Shown: positions 10,323-17,700 of the stretch, piece after piece
Layout: the number at the start of each line of letters is the position of its first letter
Numbering within the stretch: position 1 is the stretch's first letter
Assembly: GCA_964601085.1 (NCBI GenBank)
Contig: CAZRLN010000004.1
Location: 13,614 to 77,613 of the forward strand
DNA: 64,000 nucleotides
Direction of reading: 5' to 3'
DNA from: an uncultured Veillonellaceae bacterium
GTDB lineage: Bacteria > Bacillota > Negativicutes > UBA1444
Made by a program: the position numbers and the translations under genes
The notes under the pieces: model-generated
What the model was told of the DNA's origin: nothing
Seen by the model: only the letters and a program-made list of their open reading frames with translations
Databases searched by the model: none

Positions 10323-11456
10323 ATGGACTTCAATTTTACTCCGGATCAGATCGCCTTTCGAAAAATGGCGCAGGAATTAGTTGCCAAAGAAATCACCCCT
10401 TATATTCGCGAAATGGACGAAAAAGGCGAGATGCGGCCGGGACTCATCCAGAAGTTCCACGAGGCGGGAATTCTGAACCTGGTGGTTCCCGAAGAATATG
10501 ACGGACCCGGACTGGATGCCCTGTCGATTGCCCTGATTTATGAAGAACTGGGCAAGGGCTGCGCCGGCATCGCGACTTCGGCCGCCGCCAACGCACTGGC
10601 ATCTTATCCGGTTGTTGTGGCGGGCACGGAAGAGCAAAAACGTAAAATGTTCGATACAATCAATGACGGGAAACTGGCCGCTTTTGCCCTGACCGAACCC
10701 AATGCCGGTTCGGATGCCGGCGGCGTATCGACCTCGGCGGTGAGAGACGGCGAGTATTATGTTCTGAACGGGACCAAGTGCTTTATCACCAACGGGGGCA
10801 TTTCCGAAATCTACACCGTGTTTGCCAATGCACGCAAATCCGCGGGGATTCGGGGATTGACCGCATTCATCGTCGACCGGAACACCCCGGGTTTTTCCGT
10901 GGGAAAAAAGGAAGATAAGATGGGGATGCGGCCGTCCAACACCACCGAATTGGTTCTGGACAATGTCCGGGTGCATGAAAGCATGCGGATTGGCCGGGAA
11001 GGTGAAGGATTCAAGATCGCTATGAAAACGCTGGACGCGGCCCGGCCGTTGGTTGGCGCCGTGGGTGTCGGTCTGGCGGACGCTGCGCTTCAGGCTGCCT
11101 GCAAATATGCCAAAGAACGGCAGCAATTCGGCAAGCCGATCGCTTCGTTCCAGATGGTCCAGGGGATGATCGCCGACATGGCGATGGCGGTGGAAACGGC
11201 CCGCTTGATGGTTTACAAAGCCTGTTGGCTGAAGGATCAGGGCCAGGACTATAAACTGGAGTCGGCTATGGCCAAATGCCTGGCTGCTGATGTCGCGATG
11301 AAAGTAACCACCGACGCCGTACAGATCATGGGCGGCTATGGGTACATGAAAGAATATCCGGTGGAAAAAATGATGCGCGACGCAAAACTGCTGCAGATTT
11401 ACGAAGGGACCAACCAGATTCAGCGCTTGGTCATCGCCAATAGCATTCTGTACTGA
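10323..11456 (+). CDS. acyl-CoA dehydrogenase (short-chain/butyryl-CoA dehydrogenase type)
   Basis: ACAD motifs ALTEPNAGSDA and QIYEGTNQIQRLVIA. GAGGAGG precedes ATG 10323, and the ORF extension to 10263 lacks an RBS. Confidence 0.9.
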   Translation: MDFNFTPDQIAFRKMAQELVAKEITPYIREMDEKGEMRPGLIQKFHEAGILNLVVPEEYDGPGLDALSIALIYEELGKGCAGIATSAAANALASYPVVVAGTEEQKRKMFDTINDGKLAAFALTEPNAGSDAGGVSTSAVRDGEYYVLNGTKCFITNGGISEIYTVFANARKSAGIRGLTAFIVDRNTPGFSVGKKEDKMGMRPSNTTELVLDNVRVHESMRIGREGEGFKIAMKTLDAARPLVGAVGVGLADAALQAACKYAKERQQFGKPIASFQMVQGMIADMAMAVETARLMVYKACWLKDQGQDYKLESAMAKCLAADVAMKVTTDAVQIMGGYGYMKEYPVEKMMRDAKLLQIYEGTNQIQRLVIANSILY

Positions 11457-11552
11457 TTTCGGCTGTTTTTTCGGCGAAAAGAATGCTGCGGCCCTTGACA
11501 AAAGCGGAGTTGGCGTACTATAATAAATTTCGTCACATCAGACAAATGAATT

Positions 11553-11629
11553 GGGGTTATAGCTCAGTTGGTTAGAGCGCTTCGTTGACATCGAAGAGGT
11601 CTGCGGTTCGAGTCCGCCTAACCCCACCA
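11553..11629 (+). tRNA. tRNA-Val (anticodon GAC), CCA encoded
   Basis: The cloverleaf can be drawn by hand: acceptor GGGGTTA/TAACCCC, D-arm GCTC..GAGC, anticodon stem CTTCG/CGAAG with loop TTGACAT, T-arm CTGCGGTTCGAGTCCGCAG-like, and 3' CCA. Confidence 0.93.
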
Positions 11630-11635
11630 ACGCAA
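11585..11635 (+). repeat. attL core: 51-bp perfect direct repeat (3' half of tRNA-Val plus 6 nt)
   Basis: Identical to 51886-51936 when compared base by base. Confidence 0.9.
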
Positions 11636-11640
11636 TTTTA

Positions 11641-11676
11641 AAGGCTCCAAGGCACTTCGCCTGGAGCCTTTTTTTA
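11641..11676. terminator. bidirectional terminator (phage-borne) serving the reconstituted tRNA-Val and the integrase gene
   Basis: AAGGCTCCA ... TGGAGCCTT stem followed by a T7 run on the plus strand and an A/T-rich run on the minus strand. The int stop codon lies in the T tract. Confidence 0.7.
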
Positions 11677-12969
11677 TGCGTTTGACACAGGTTCTGACAC
11701 AGAATCTACCGCAAACGTGTTTATTTCAGGCTGTTTTTCAGATTTCCTTTTTCTCGGTTTCCGCTTCGGCTTTTCCGGAGACTTATAGTCCTTGAAAATT
11801 TCCTCCAGCTTGGCGCCAACTTTTTGCGCCGCATCCTTAAGTTCAGCTTCGGATGCGTGGGCATATCGGCGAACGTGCGTTTTTACGTCGTCATGGCCCG
11901 CCTGGGTCATGCTGACCTTCAGGTTGATACCTAGTGAGTGCATCCAGGAAATGAAGTTGTGCCGCAGGTCCTGGAAGCGAGCATCGGCCATCGGCGTGAA
12001 GGTGAACTCGGGGTCTTTTTTCTTTTTGGCTTCGAATTCATGATCCACTTTTTCGCGCCAGTTTCGGAACTGACGGCTGAAGTTGGTTAGGCTGATATGT
12101 GTGTCCGTCAGGGAGTGGAAGACAATTTCCGATTTCGTCGGCGGAATGGCTTTGATCTTGGCCATGATGAACGGATCCACGAAAACTTCCCGATATCCCG
12201 CCGGCGTCTTGGGCTTGTCCTTGACTTCCTGCTTGTTGCCGTTGCGGATCAGCGTCTTGGTGATGACTACACGGTCATCTTTAACGTCCGGCCACTCCAG
12301 GGCAAGAATTTCGCCTTTGCGCAGCCCGGCGCCGAGTTCCAGCCACAGCGCCTTGCCGTATTGGCTTTGCTCCGCGATATGCATTAGCGCGACCAGCTGC
12401 TCGTCCGTATAGAGGCGGGGGATACGGCTTTCCAATGGTGGCAGCTTCACTTTGTAAATTTTACGGATCAAGTCGCGATCCAGGGCGATCTCCAAAATCT
12501 GTTTGACGATCTGCCAGATCTCGATGATGGTGCTGGCGGCTAGCTTTTTCTCCAGCAGGCCGGTGACGAGCTCCTGCGACTTCGCATTGACTTCGGCTGG
12601 GGTGTCGTCGTAGTAATCCGACAGATGGTTTTCACAGAGCGATTTATATTTGTCGTAGGTAGTAGGGCTGCGCTTTTTTGCGGTTACAAAGCTTTTGAAG
12701 GTCCGCAGCCAAATCTTTTGCAGGTCGCCAAAGGTGGTTTCATCCGGACGCAGCGCCTGTCCCTGGATTCGTTTTACGACCATGCTGTCCAGCCAGGCGT
12801 TACCATCTTTCTCAGCGGTGGCGCCGGTAAAATATTCTGTGATAATTATTGGCTCGCCGTTTTCATCACGCTCCCCGCTGGGGAAACGGCACATAACCCG
12901 CCCATCCTTGCGAAAAGAGATAGAGCCTGTGTTGTTGGGACGCCGACCGGCTTTCTTCTTGCGTGCCAT
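11674..12969 (-). CDS. int: tyrosine-type site-specific integrase
   Basis: Box I GAGLRKGEILALEW and box II DLRHNFISWM...GHDDVKTHVRRYAH. Position is adjacent to attL. Confidence 0.92.
   Translation of the reverse strand: MARKKKAGRRPNNTGSISFRKDGRVMCRFPSGERDENGEPIIITEYFTGATAEKDGNAWLDSMVVKRIQGQALRPDETTFGDLQKIWLRTFKSFVTAKKRSPTTYDKYKSLCENHLSDYYDDTPAEVNAKSQELVTGLLEKKLAASTIIEIWQIVKQILEIALDRDLIRKIYKVKLPPLESRIPRLYTDEQLVALMHIAEQSQYGKALWLELGAGLRKGEILALEWPDVKDDRVVITKTLIRNGNKQEVKDKPKTPAGYREVFVDPFIMAKIKAIPPTKSEIVFHSLTDTHISLTNFSRQFRNWREKVDHEFEAKKKKDPEFTFTPMADARFQDLRHNFISWMHSLGINLKVSMTQAGHDDVKTHVRRYAHASEAELKDAAQKVGAKLEEIFKDYKSPEKPKRKPRKRKSEKQPEINTFAVDSVSEPVSNA
11683..11708 (+). repeat. paired TGACACAG motifs (12-bp register), candidate integrase arm-type sites, attL side
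   Basis: TGACACAGGTTCTGACACAGAATCTACC matches 51744-51769 at 23 of 26 positions in the same orientation. Confidence 0.55.
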
Positions 12970-13008
12970 TGGGAAAATCTCCTTTGGTTAATTGTTTAGG
13001 GTTGCGTG

Positions 13009-13037
13009 TTGACATACGCACAAATAATGCGTACAAT
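13009..13037 (+). promoter_or_regulatory. hicAB promoter with embedded inverted repeat
   Basis: TTGACA, 17 nt spacer, TACAAT. The spacer contains TACGCA-N7-TGCGTA (13015-13033). Confidence 0.65.
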
Positions 13038-13060
13038 TTAATCATAAACAAGGGGGTGGC

Positions 13061-13246
13061 GTGGTGACGGCAAGGGAAGCGATCAAGCTGCTGGAAGCAA
13101 ACGGATGGCAACTGGACAGCGTGAAAGGATCGCATCACCACTTCAAGCACCCCAAGCGAAAGGGGAAAATCACCATTGCCCTACACAAAGGCGATATTCC
13201 GCCTGGAACATTGAACAGTATTTTGAGACAGGCGGGGCTGAAATAG
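13061..13246 (+). CDS. hicA: HicA-family toxin (mRNA interferase)
   Basis: 61 aa with LEANGW...KGSHHHFKHP...GDIPPGTLNSILRQAGL, typical of HicA/YcfA. Confidence 0.88.
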   Translation: MVTAREAIKLLEANGWQLDSVKGSHHHFKHPKRKGKITIALHKGDIPPGTLNSILRQAGLK

Positions 13247-13272
13247 GCTCCGCATCGAAGGGAGGCGTCACG

Positions 13273-13668
13273 ATGAGAAAGGTGACTTATTTTGCGGTAT
13301 TCGAGCCGGCATCCTCCGGCGGGTTCGGCGTATACTTCCCGGACCTTCCCGGCTGCATCTCCATGGGCGACGACTTCACCGACGCCAGCCGTATGGCGGA
13401 AGAGGCTCTTGGCTTGCATCTGTGGGGAATGGAGAAGGATGGCGACGCGATCCCGGCGTCGACACAGCCGCCGTTCGACGACGTTCCGGAAGGGGCGGTC
13501 GTGGCAGCCGTCGCGGTGTTCCCGGACATCGTGAAAAACGAGATGGACAACCGGGGAATGAAAACCAACGTGACCATTCCCGCCTGGCTCAAGGAGCTGG
13601 CAGAGAAGGAAAACATCAACTTTTCACAGGTCCTGCAAGCTGCGCTGCGCGAGCGCATCGGCGTGTAG
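13273..13668 (+). CDS. hicB: HicB-family antitoxin with C-terminal ribbon-helix-helix
   Basis: N-terminal YFPDLPGCISMGDDFTDA...EALGLHL (HicB fold) and C-terminal NVTIPAWLKELAEKENINFSQVLQAAL. AAGGGAGG RBS before ATG 13273. Confidence 0.88.
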   Translation: MRKVTYFAVFEPASSGGFGVYFPDLPGCISMGDDFTDASRMAEEALGLHLWGMEKDGDAIPASTQPPFDDVPEGAVVAAVAVFPDIVKNEMDNRGMKTNVTIPAWLKELAEKENINFSQVLQAALRERIGV

Positions 13669-13672
13669 ACCG

Positions 13673-13694
13673 GCCGCCCCCGGGCGGCTTTTTT
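13673..13694 (+). terminator. rho-independent terminator after hicB
   Basis: GCCGCCC / GGGCGGC stem followed by TTTTTT. Confidence 0.65.
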
Positions 13695-14208
13695 ATTTAC
13701 CAAACATTTCTCTATTCCATTTTTTCATATCCCGTTCATTCTGACGCTGCTGATCTAAAAAATCTGGCGTAGAGTCAATTCGTATAATGCAAGAAATTGC
13801 TCGCTCAAGCAGCTCAATGTCTTCCAATGGTATTTTGTTAGAACGAAAAGGCGAGTTCTTTCTCAAAGATAAGTTGTAAAGCATTTTAGACATAACATAA
13901 ATTTTTGAAGGATAAGTCATTCCGATTATAAATGTGCAAGCTACAATTCCGATAAGTACCATTATTCCAGCAAAAAATCCTTGATGATACCAAGCCACGA
14001 AAGGGGATGCTATTACTAAAAAAGTCAAATGTTTTCCGACCCATGCCGTCCACGATGGGTAGCATAAATCGTAAAAATCGTCATATGTAAAATTGGTTAG
14101 CCGGGTGATCTCACGTAATTCGGTAGCAACCGCATGATAGCGAAACGAAATTCCAAATGGTATCCCTAAAAAGATAATTACCAAAACCGTTCCCGCCCAA
14201 TTTCCCAT
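13693..14208 (-). CDS. hypothetical three-TM membrane protein in a visibly AT-rich segment (candidate lysogenic-conversion/exclusion gene)
   Basis: 171 aa with three hydrophobic helices and a charged C-terminal tail. Last gene of the leftward immunity operon, and its start overlaps the ImmA stop. No family recognised. Confidence 0.55.
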   Translation of the reverse strand: MGNWAGTVLVIIFLGIPFGISFRYHAVATELREITRLTNFTYDDFYDLCYPSWTAWVGKHLTFLVIASPFVAWYHQGFFAGIMVLIGIVACTFIIGMTYPSKIYVMSKMLYNLSLRKNSPFRSNKIPLEDIELLERAISCIIRIDSTPDFLDQQRQNERDMKKWNREMFGK

Positions 14209-14801
14209 TTCAACACCCGCCTTTTCAATATTAAAACCGTACCCGTCGCCAGCGGCGGAGAGTACGGTTTTTTACTTGTCACAGCCACTCCCAATAGTTC
14301 CTGCTTGCACAACCCCAGCTCCATGAGCCGGCGCTTCATAACGTACCAGCTTACGCCATAGCCCTGGACATAATGCCGCAGGTCGCGAAAATTTCGTATT
14401 TCGTACTGAGCGTATTGTTCAGCGACCCACGCGGCCGGCATCAGCAGCTCGGCGGCAAAGATATCGGCTTCCCGAGAGAACACCGCTTCCTGCTGCTTTA
14501 ATACTTGCCTGAGACTGCGGGTGCAATGCCCCAAAACAATGTGCCCGAGCTCATGCGCATACGGCCATTCATAAGAGTATTCGCAGAGCGGGTCACTGAT
14601 ATATACCCGGAACGAACCATCGTCATCTATCCTGCAATCGCCTTCGATTTTGAGCCAGTCAACCAGATCAACCGTGGCGTAATGGGTGAGGATCTCGTGA
14701 GCCGGAACCGTTGGGTAATGAATTGCTTCGTGGCTGAGTGTGATGTTTGCCATGAGTTTTGCGTAGTCTTCGCGGACAACCGGGATCTCCGTTGGCGACA
14801 A
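14178..14801 (-). CDS. ImmA/IrrE-family zinc metallopeptidase (COG2856 type)
   Basis: HEXXH motif in YAHELGHIVLGH followed by EADIFAAELLMP, typical of ImmA/IrrE. The start codon is uncertain (TTG 14801 has poor SD spacing). Confidence 0.82.
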   Translation of the reverse strand: MSPTEIPVVREDYAKLMANITLSHEAIHYPTVPAHEILTHYATVDLVDWLKIEGDCRIDDDGSFRVYISDPLCEYSYEWPYAHELGHIVLGHCTRSLRQVLKQQEAVFSREADIFAAELLMPAAWVAEQYAQYEIRNFRDLRHYVQGYGVSWYVMKRRLMELGLCKQELLGVAVTSKKPYSPPLATGTVLILKRRVLKWEIGRERFW

Positions 14802-14825
14802 CCCCTAAACACATGAGCGTTCAGC

Positions 14826-15674
14826 TTATTTATTTTTAGGGCGAATACGCTTTATTGCCTTTTCTTGTTTTTCGGTAAGCTCTTTGAAGTTTTGGCGCGA
14901 AACGACCTTTTCGCCGGTTCGCTGTTCCAGTTCCCGCCTGGCGTTTCCGGCAACAGTTCCGCCGGCCTGGGCGGCTTTTTTATTTTCGGCAAATCCTTGC
15001 GCGTCTTGCGTGCGGGCGATTTCCGTCGTGGACGCTTCGCCCAGCATGGTGAATATCAATTCAAGATCGGTCATGTGGTCGCGCAAGTTGTCCGGCTGCT
15101 CGAGGGCTTTGGCCGTCTTATATTCGGTCGGCGTCAGGCCAAAGGTTGCCTTGCTGATTTCGGCGGTCAGTATGGCATATTCGCGGGATTCAGCGACGCC
15201 GCGATTCTTCCACTCATCGGTCAGTTCGTCGCGAACGGCGATGCCGCGGACCCGTTTTTCAATCCAGGCGTCGCTGTATCCCTTGGCGCGATAAAGTCCC
15301 CTCATGCGCTTTGCCGCCAGTTCCGGGTTTTCTATTTCCTCCAGGCGCTCAGCTCCAACTTGGGCCAGCCAGCGTTTGAAAGGCTCGGCTTTCGGCGATG
15401 GGATGGACTGGATGATGCGCAGCAGGTTTTCGGCATTGGCACAATTCAGCTTTTGCGGACCGCCAGCGGTAGGAACGGCAAGGGGGGTGACAAATTGTCC
15501 CCACCCTTTTGCAAGCTCAGCATCCCGCGAACGCATCTTTTTGATATAGTCCGCCGGGTTCGCGGAATCGGTCAGAGCCAAAACAACATCCGTGACAACG
15601 AAGTACCATTTCTGTTCCGCATCCACCCACACGGACCGGATGGATTTTGATTCAAACAACTTGATGCTTTTCAT
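14826..15674 (-). CDS. Bro-N domain / DNA-damage-inducible protein D (DinD)-like protein
   Basis: N-terminal FESKSIRSVWVDAEQKWYFVVTDVVLAL (Bro-N pattern). The C-terminal DHMTDLELIFTMLGEASTTEIA...GGTVAGNARRELE resembles the DinD C-terminal region. GGAGGG RBS before ATG 15674. Confidence 0.65.
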   Translation of the reverse strand: MKSIKLFESKSIRSVWVDAEQKWYFVVTDVVLALTDSANPADYIKKMRSRDAELAKGWGQFVTPLAVPTAGGPQKLNCANAENLLRIIQSIPSPKAEPFKRWLAQVGAERLEEIENPELAAKRMRGLYRAKGYSDAWIEKRVRGIAVRDELTDEWKNRGVAESREYAILTAEISKATFGLTPTEYKTAKALEQPDNLRDHMTDLELIFTMLGEASTTEIARTQDAQGFAENKKAAQAGGTVAGNARRELEQRTGEKVVSRQNFKELTEKQEKAIKRIRPKNK

Positions 15675-15684
15675 GCGCCCTCCA

Positions 15685-16371
15685 TCATTTCTTCGGCGGC
15701 AGATGGTATTTGTGATTGATGACCGTGCTCCGCCACTCGTCGTCGGTCTTGGCGTGGCCTTCGGCCTGGAATATCTCGTACCGGTTGATCCGCTCGCCAC
15801 GCAGGTTGATGAACTCCTCCGGCAGCGGGACCATGTCCGGGTCGATGTCTTTGATGCTGATGATCTTGCTGTAGTCCGGCATCGGCCTCGGCGGGTAGAT
15901 CGGGATGACCGCCGGCAACCGCTGCCGCATGATCATGGCGATGGTGTGGCGCACGTCGAGGATATCCTGCCGGGTCAGCGGCACGCCCATGAAGGTGATC
16001 TCGCCTTCGTTCTCGACGATGAGCAGGTCGGTCAGTTCGCGGTGAGCGGTCAGCGTATCTGTCGCCACTTCGCCAATGTTTTCCCCGGCGAAGTCCTTCG
16101 GGGTTTGTTTTTTCTCGGGGACGAGTTCAACGGGGTATCCCGCCTGCAACATTGCTTCTTTCACATCGACATCCAAGGCGGTGGCGATTTTGGTTAAGGT
16201 AATGACATCGGGGAATTGTATAGCGTTCCAGATACGGCTAATTGTTGCTTCGTTTAACTTTGCCGCTTTAGCCAATTTGCGCTGACTGTCAAAGCCTTTC
16301 GCTGGCGCAATTTTTCGAAGCCAAGACGCAAAAGCCCTTGTTTGTTCGGGTTCTCGCTTATAATATCCCAC
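15685..16371 (-). CDS. XRE-family phage repressor (CI-like) with uncharacterised C-terminal domain
   Basis: HTH SQRKLAKAAKLNEATISRIWNAIQFP. AAAGGAGGTGA RBS 5 nt before GTG 16371. Divergent from the cro-like gene. No S24 peptidase motif. Confidence 0.8.
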   Translation of the reverse strand: MGYYKREPEQTRAFASWLRKIAPAKGFDSQRKLAKAAKLNEATISRIWNAIQFPDVITLTKIATALDVDVKEAMLQAGYPVELVPEKKQTPKDFAGENIGEVATDTLTAHRELTDLLIVENEGEITFMGVPLTRQDILDVRHTIAMIMRQRLPAVIPIYPPRPMPDYSKIISIKDIDPDMVPLPEEFINLRGERINRYEIFQAEGHAKTDDEWRSTVINHKYHLPPKK

Positions 16372-16401
16372 GCAAGTCACCTCCTTTATATACATATCGT
16401 A

Positions 16402-16473
16402 TTGCAATAACGCAACACAAACAAGTATTGCCGGCTCGCAAATTATTTTTAAAAAACTATTGCGGGCTCGCAA
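16402..16473. promoter_or_regulatory. immunity switch region: three TTGC-N6-GCAA palindromes plus rightward promoter
   Basis: Sites at 16402-16415, 16428-16441 and 16460-16473. The last two share 17 of 18 nt (TATTGCsGGCTCGCAAAT). The rightward promoter is -35 TTGCGG (16460), 17 nt spacer, TG-n-TAAGAT (16480-16488). Confidence 0.65.
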
Positions 16474-16511
16474 ATAACGTGATAAGATGTTCACAGAAAG
16501 GGGGTGGCGAG

Positions 16512-16754
16512 ATGAAGCGACTGAAGCCGGAAGGGCTGGAGCTGATAAAAAAGAAATACGCGCTGAGTAGCAATACCGCCGTAGCCAAGCACATCGGCGT
16601 CAATTTTTCCACGTTGTGGCGGGCGGTGAACGAATCGGCGGGCGGGGAGTTCGTGGCAAGGACGATGCGGAGCTGTTCGGGGTTTTCCTTCCATGACCTT
16701 TTTTTTGATTCGGAAATTGCGGGCTTGCAACAAAAAGCCAAGAAAGGAGCGTAG
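16512..16754 (+). CDS. Cro-like HTH regulator
   Basis: 80 aa with HTH SNTAVAKHIGVNFSTLWRAV and AAAGGGGGTGG RBS. First gene of the rightward operon. Confidence 0.65.
   Translation: MKRLKPEGLELIKKKYALSSNTAVAKHIGVNFSTLWRAVNESAGGEFVARTMRSCSGFSFHDLFFDSEIAGLQQKAKKGA
16717..16730. promoter_or_regulatory. fourth TTGC-N6-GCAA palindrome inside the 3' end of the cro-like gene
   Basis: TTGCGGGCTTGCAA. Confidence 0.4.
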
Positions 16755-16757
16755 CGG

Positions 16758-16949
16758 ATGAATCAATGCTGCTATGAATGTCCACTGCTTCAAAGCCGGA
16801 AGTGCCTGAATTGCAAGCACTTCGTCCAGCATTATTACAAACGCGAGGACGGATGTTTCATTCCGGTTTATTTGGGGCATTGCACGACCCCGGGGCTGAA
16901 AAACAGAAAGCCCGATGATCTGGCTTGCCGGTACTGGGAGCCGGCATAA
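16758..16949 (+). CDS. hypothetical Cys-rich small protein
   Basis: 63 aa with CCYEC...CLNC...C...C pattern. AAAGGAG RBS. Confidence 0.6.
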   Translation: MNQCCYECPLLQSRKCLNCKHFVQHYYKREDGCFIPVYLGHCTTPGLKNRKPDDLACRYWEPA

Positions 16950-16979
16950 GAAAAAGTCACGCACCAGCGCATAGAGAGG
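16944..16979 (+). repeat. 36-bp perfect direct repeat, copy 1
   Basis: GCATAAGAAAAAGTCACGCACCAGCGCATAGAGAGG, identical to 17341-17376. Preceded by a GCCGG-N9-CCGGC hairpin. Confidence 0.85.
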
Positions 16980-17001
16980 ATAAGAAAGGAGAGAAAAAGA
17001 G

Positions 17002-17310
17002 ATGGATGTATTCGACAGGATACTACCGATCCATGAAACACCGGAAGACAAGCCTCAAGTTGATTCGGTCATCGAGCGACTCACTGAAATGCTTGAGCAG
17101 TACCACGTCAAATACGCTATTACGCTGGCAACGCTTAAAGAACAAAAAGAGGATCCCAGACCTCTCCGCTACAGACTGTCCTATAACTCCGACCAACATC
17201 TTGAATTATCACTGGTTGCGGCGCTTTGGGCGCGGGTCTATCTTACGGCTGACCCAAAGAAAGTGGCGGCGCCAACAATCAAGTCGCTCGCCATGGTTTT
17301 TGAGGATTGA
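17002..17310 (+). CDS. hypothetical protein
   Basis: 102-aa ORF with AAAGGAGAG RBS. No recognisable motif. Confidence 0.6.
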   Translation: MDVFDRILPIHETPEDKPQVDSVIERLTEMLEQYHVKYAITLATLKEQKEDPRPLRYRLSYNSDQHLELSLVAALWARVYLTADPKKVAAPTIKSLAMVFED

Positions 17311-17340
17311 GGATTGAGGCCAGCCGGGGCCAATACCGGC

Positions 17341-17376
17341 GCATAAGAAAAAGTCACGCACCAGCGCATAGAGAGG
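17341..17376 (+). repeat. 36-bp perfect direct repeat, copy 2
   Basis: Identical to 16944-16979. Preceded by a GCCGG-N8-CCGGC hairpin (17323-17340). Confidence 0.85.
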
Positions 17377-17390
17377 GGGAAGGGTGCAGC

Positions 17391-17576
17391 ATGGAAGACA
17401 AAAAGGAGGCCGCTATCACGGCGATTATTGCAGTAATCGAGGAAAACGGCCTGACATTCAAAGAAGCGCATGACGTTATTCACGAGTTAAGCAACGAAAT
17501 CTGGCAAGCGGCTTTTAAGTCGGCTTTTTCTGGGAAATTTGTTGTTGAGCAGATTTCTGAATCCCGGCGGCGATAA
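17391..17576 (+). CDS. hypothetical protein
   Basis: 61-aa ORF starting at the ATG after a GA-rich RBS. The upstream part of ORF 17307 covers the repeat. Confidence 0.5.
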   Translation: MEDKKEAAITAIIAVIEENGLTFKEAHDVIHELSNEIWQAAFKSAFSGKFVVEQISESRRR

Positions 17577-17700
17577 CCGTAATCGCACACCCACCGGCAA
17601 CTCCGGGAATTGCCTGGACATACAGGCTGCAATCTGTTTGACACGCTGATCGGGAAAATGGGCACAGGTTTTGATTTGGGAAGACGTTCAATTTTATCAC
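17515..17700 (-). CDS. antisense small hydrophobic protein candidate (about 58-61 aa)
   Basis: AAGGAGGTGA on the minus strand, with GTG 17700 or TTG 17691 as start. Gly/Ala-rich helix IPGVAGGCAITVIAAGI. The only minus-strand ORF with a strong SD in this stretch. Confidence 0.35.
   Translation of the reverse strand: MIKLNVFPNQNLCPFSRSACQTDCSLYVQAIPGVAGGCAITVIAAGIQKSAQQQISQKKPT

Noticed and set aside
10377-11501. Long antisense ORFs opposite well-supported genes. Examples are 10377-11501, 5173-6054, 7112-7918, 34064-35125, 40849-42834, 53770-54501 and 61934-62863.
   Set aside because: Their translations are Arg/Pro/Gly-rich shadow ORFs typical of GC-rich coding DNA. They have no ribosome binding sites or recognisable motifs, and the opposite strand carries clear family signatures.
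16338-16511. The N-terminal extension of the cro-like ORF (track start 16338), and likewise the extension of the repressor ORF to 16494.
   Set aside because: Both extensions run through the operator and promoter region and through each other. Strong ribosome binding sites precede ATG 16512 and GTG 16371.
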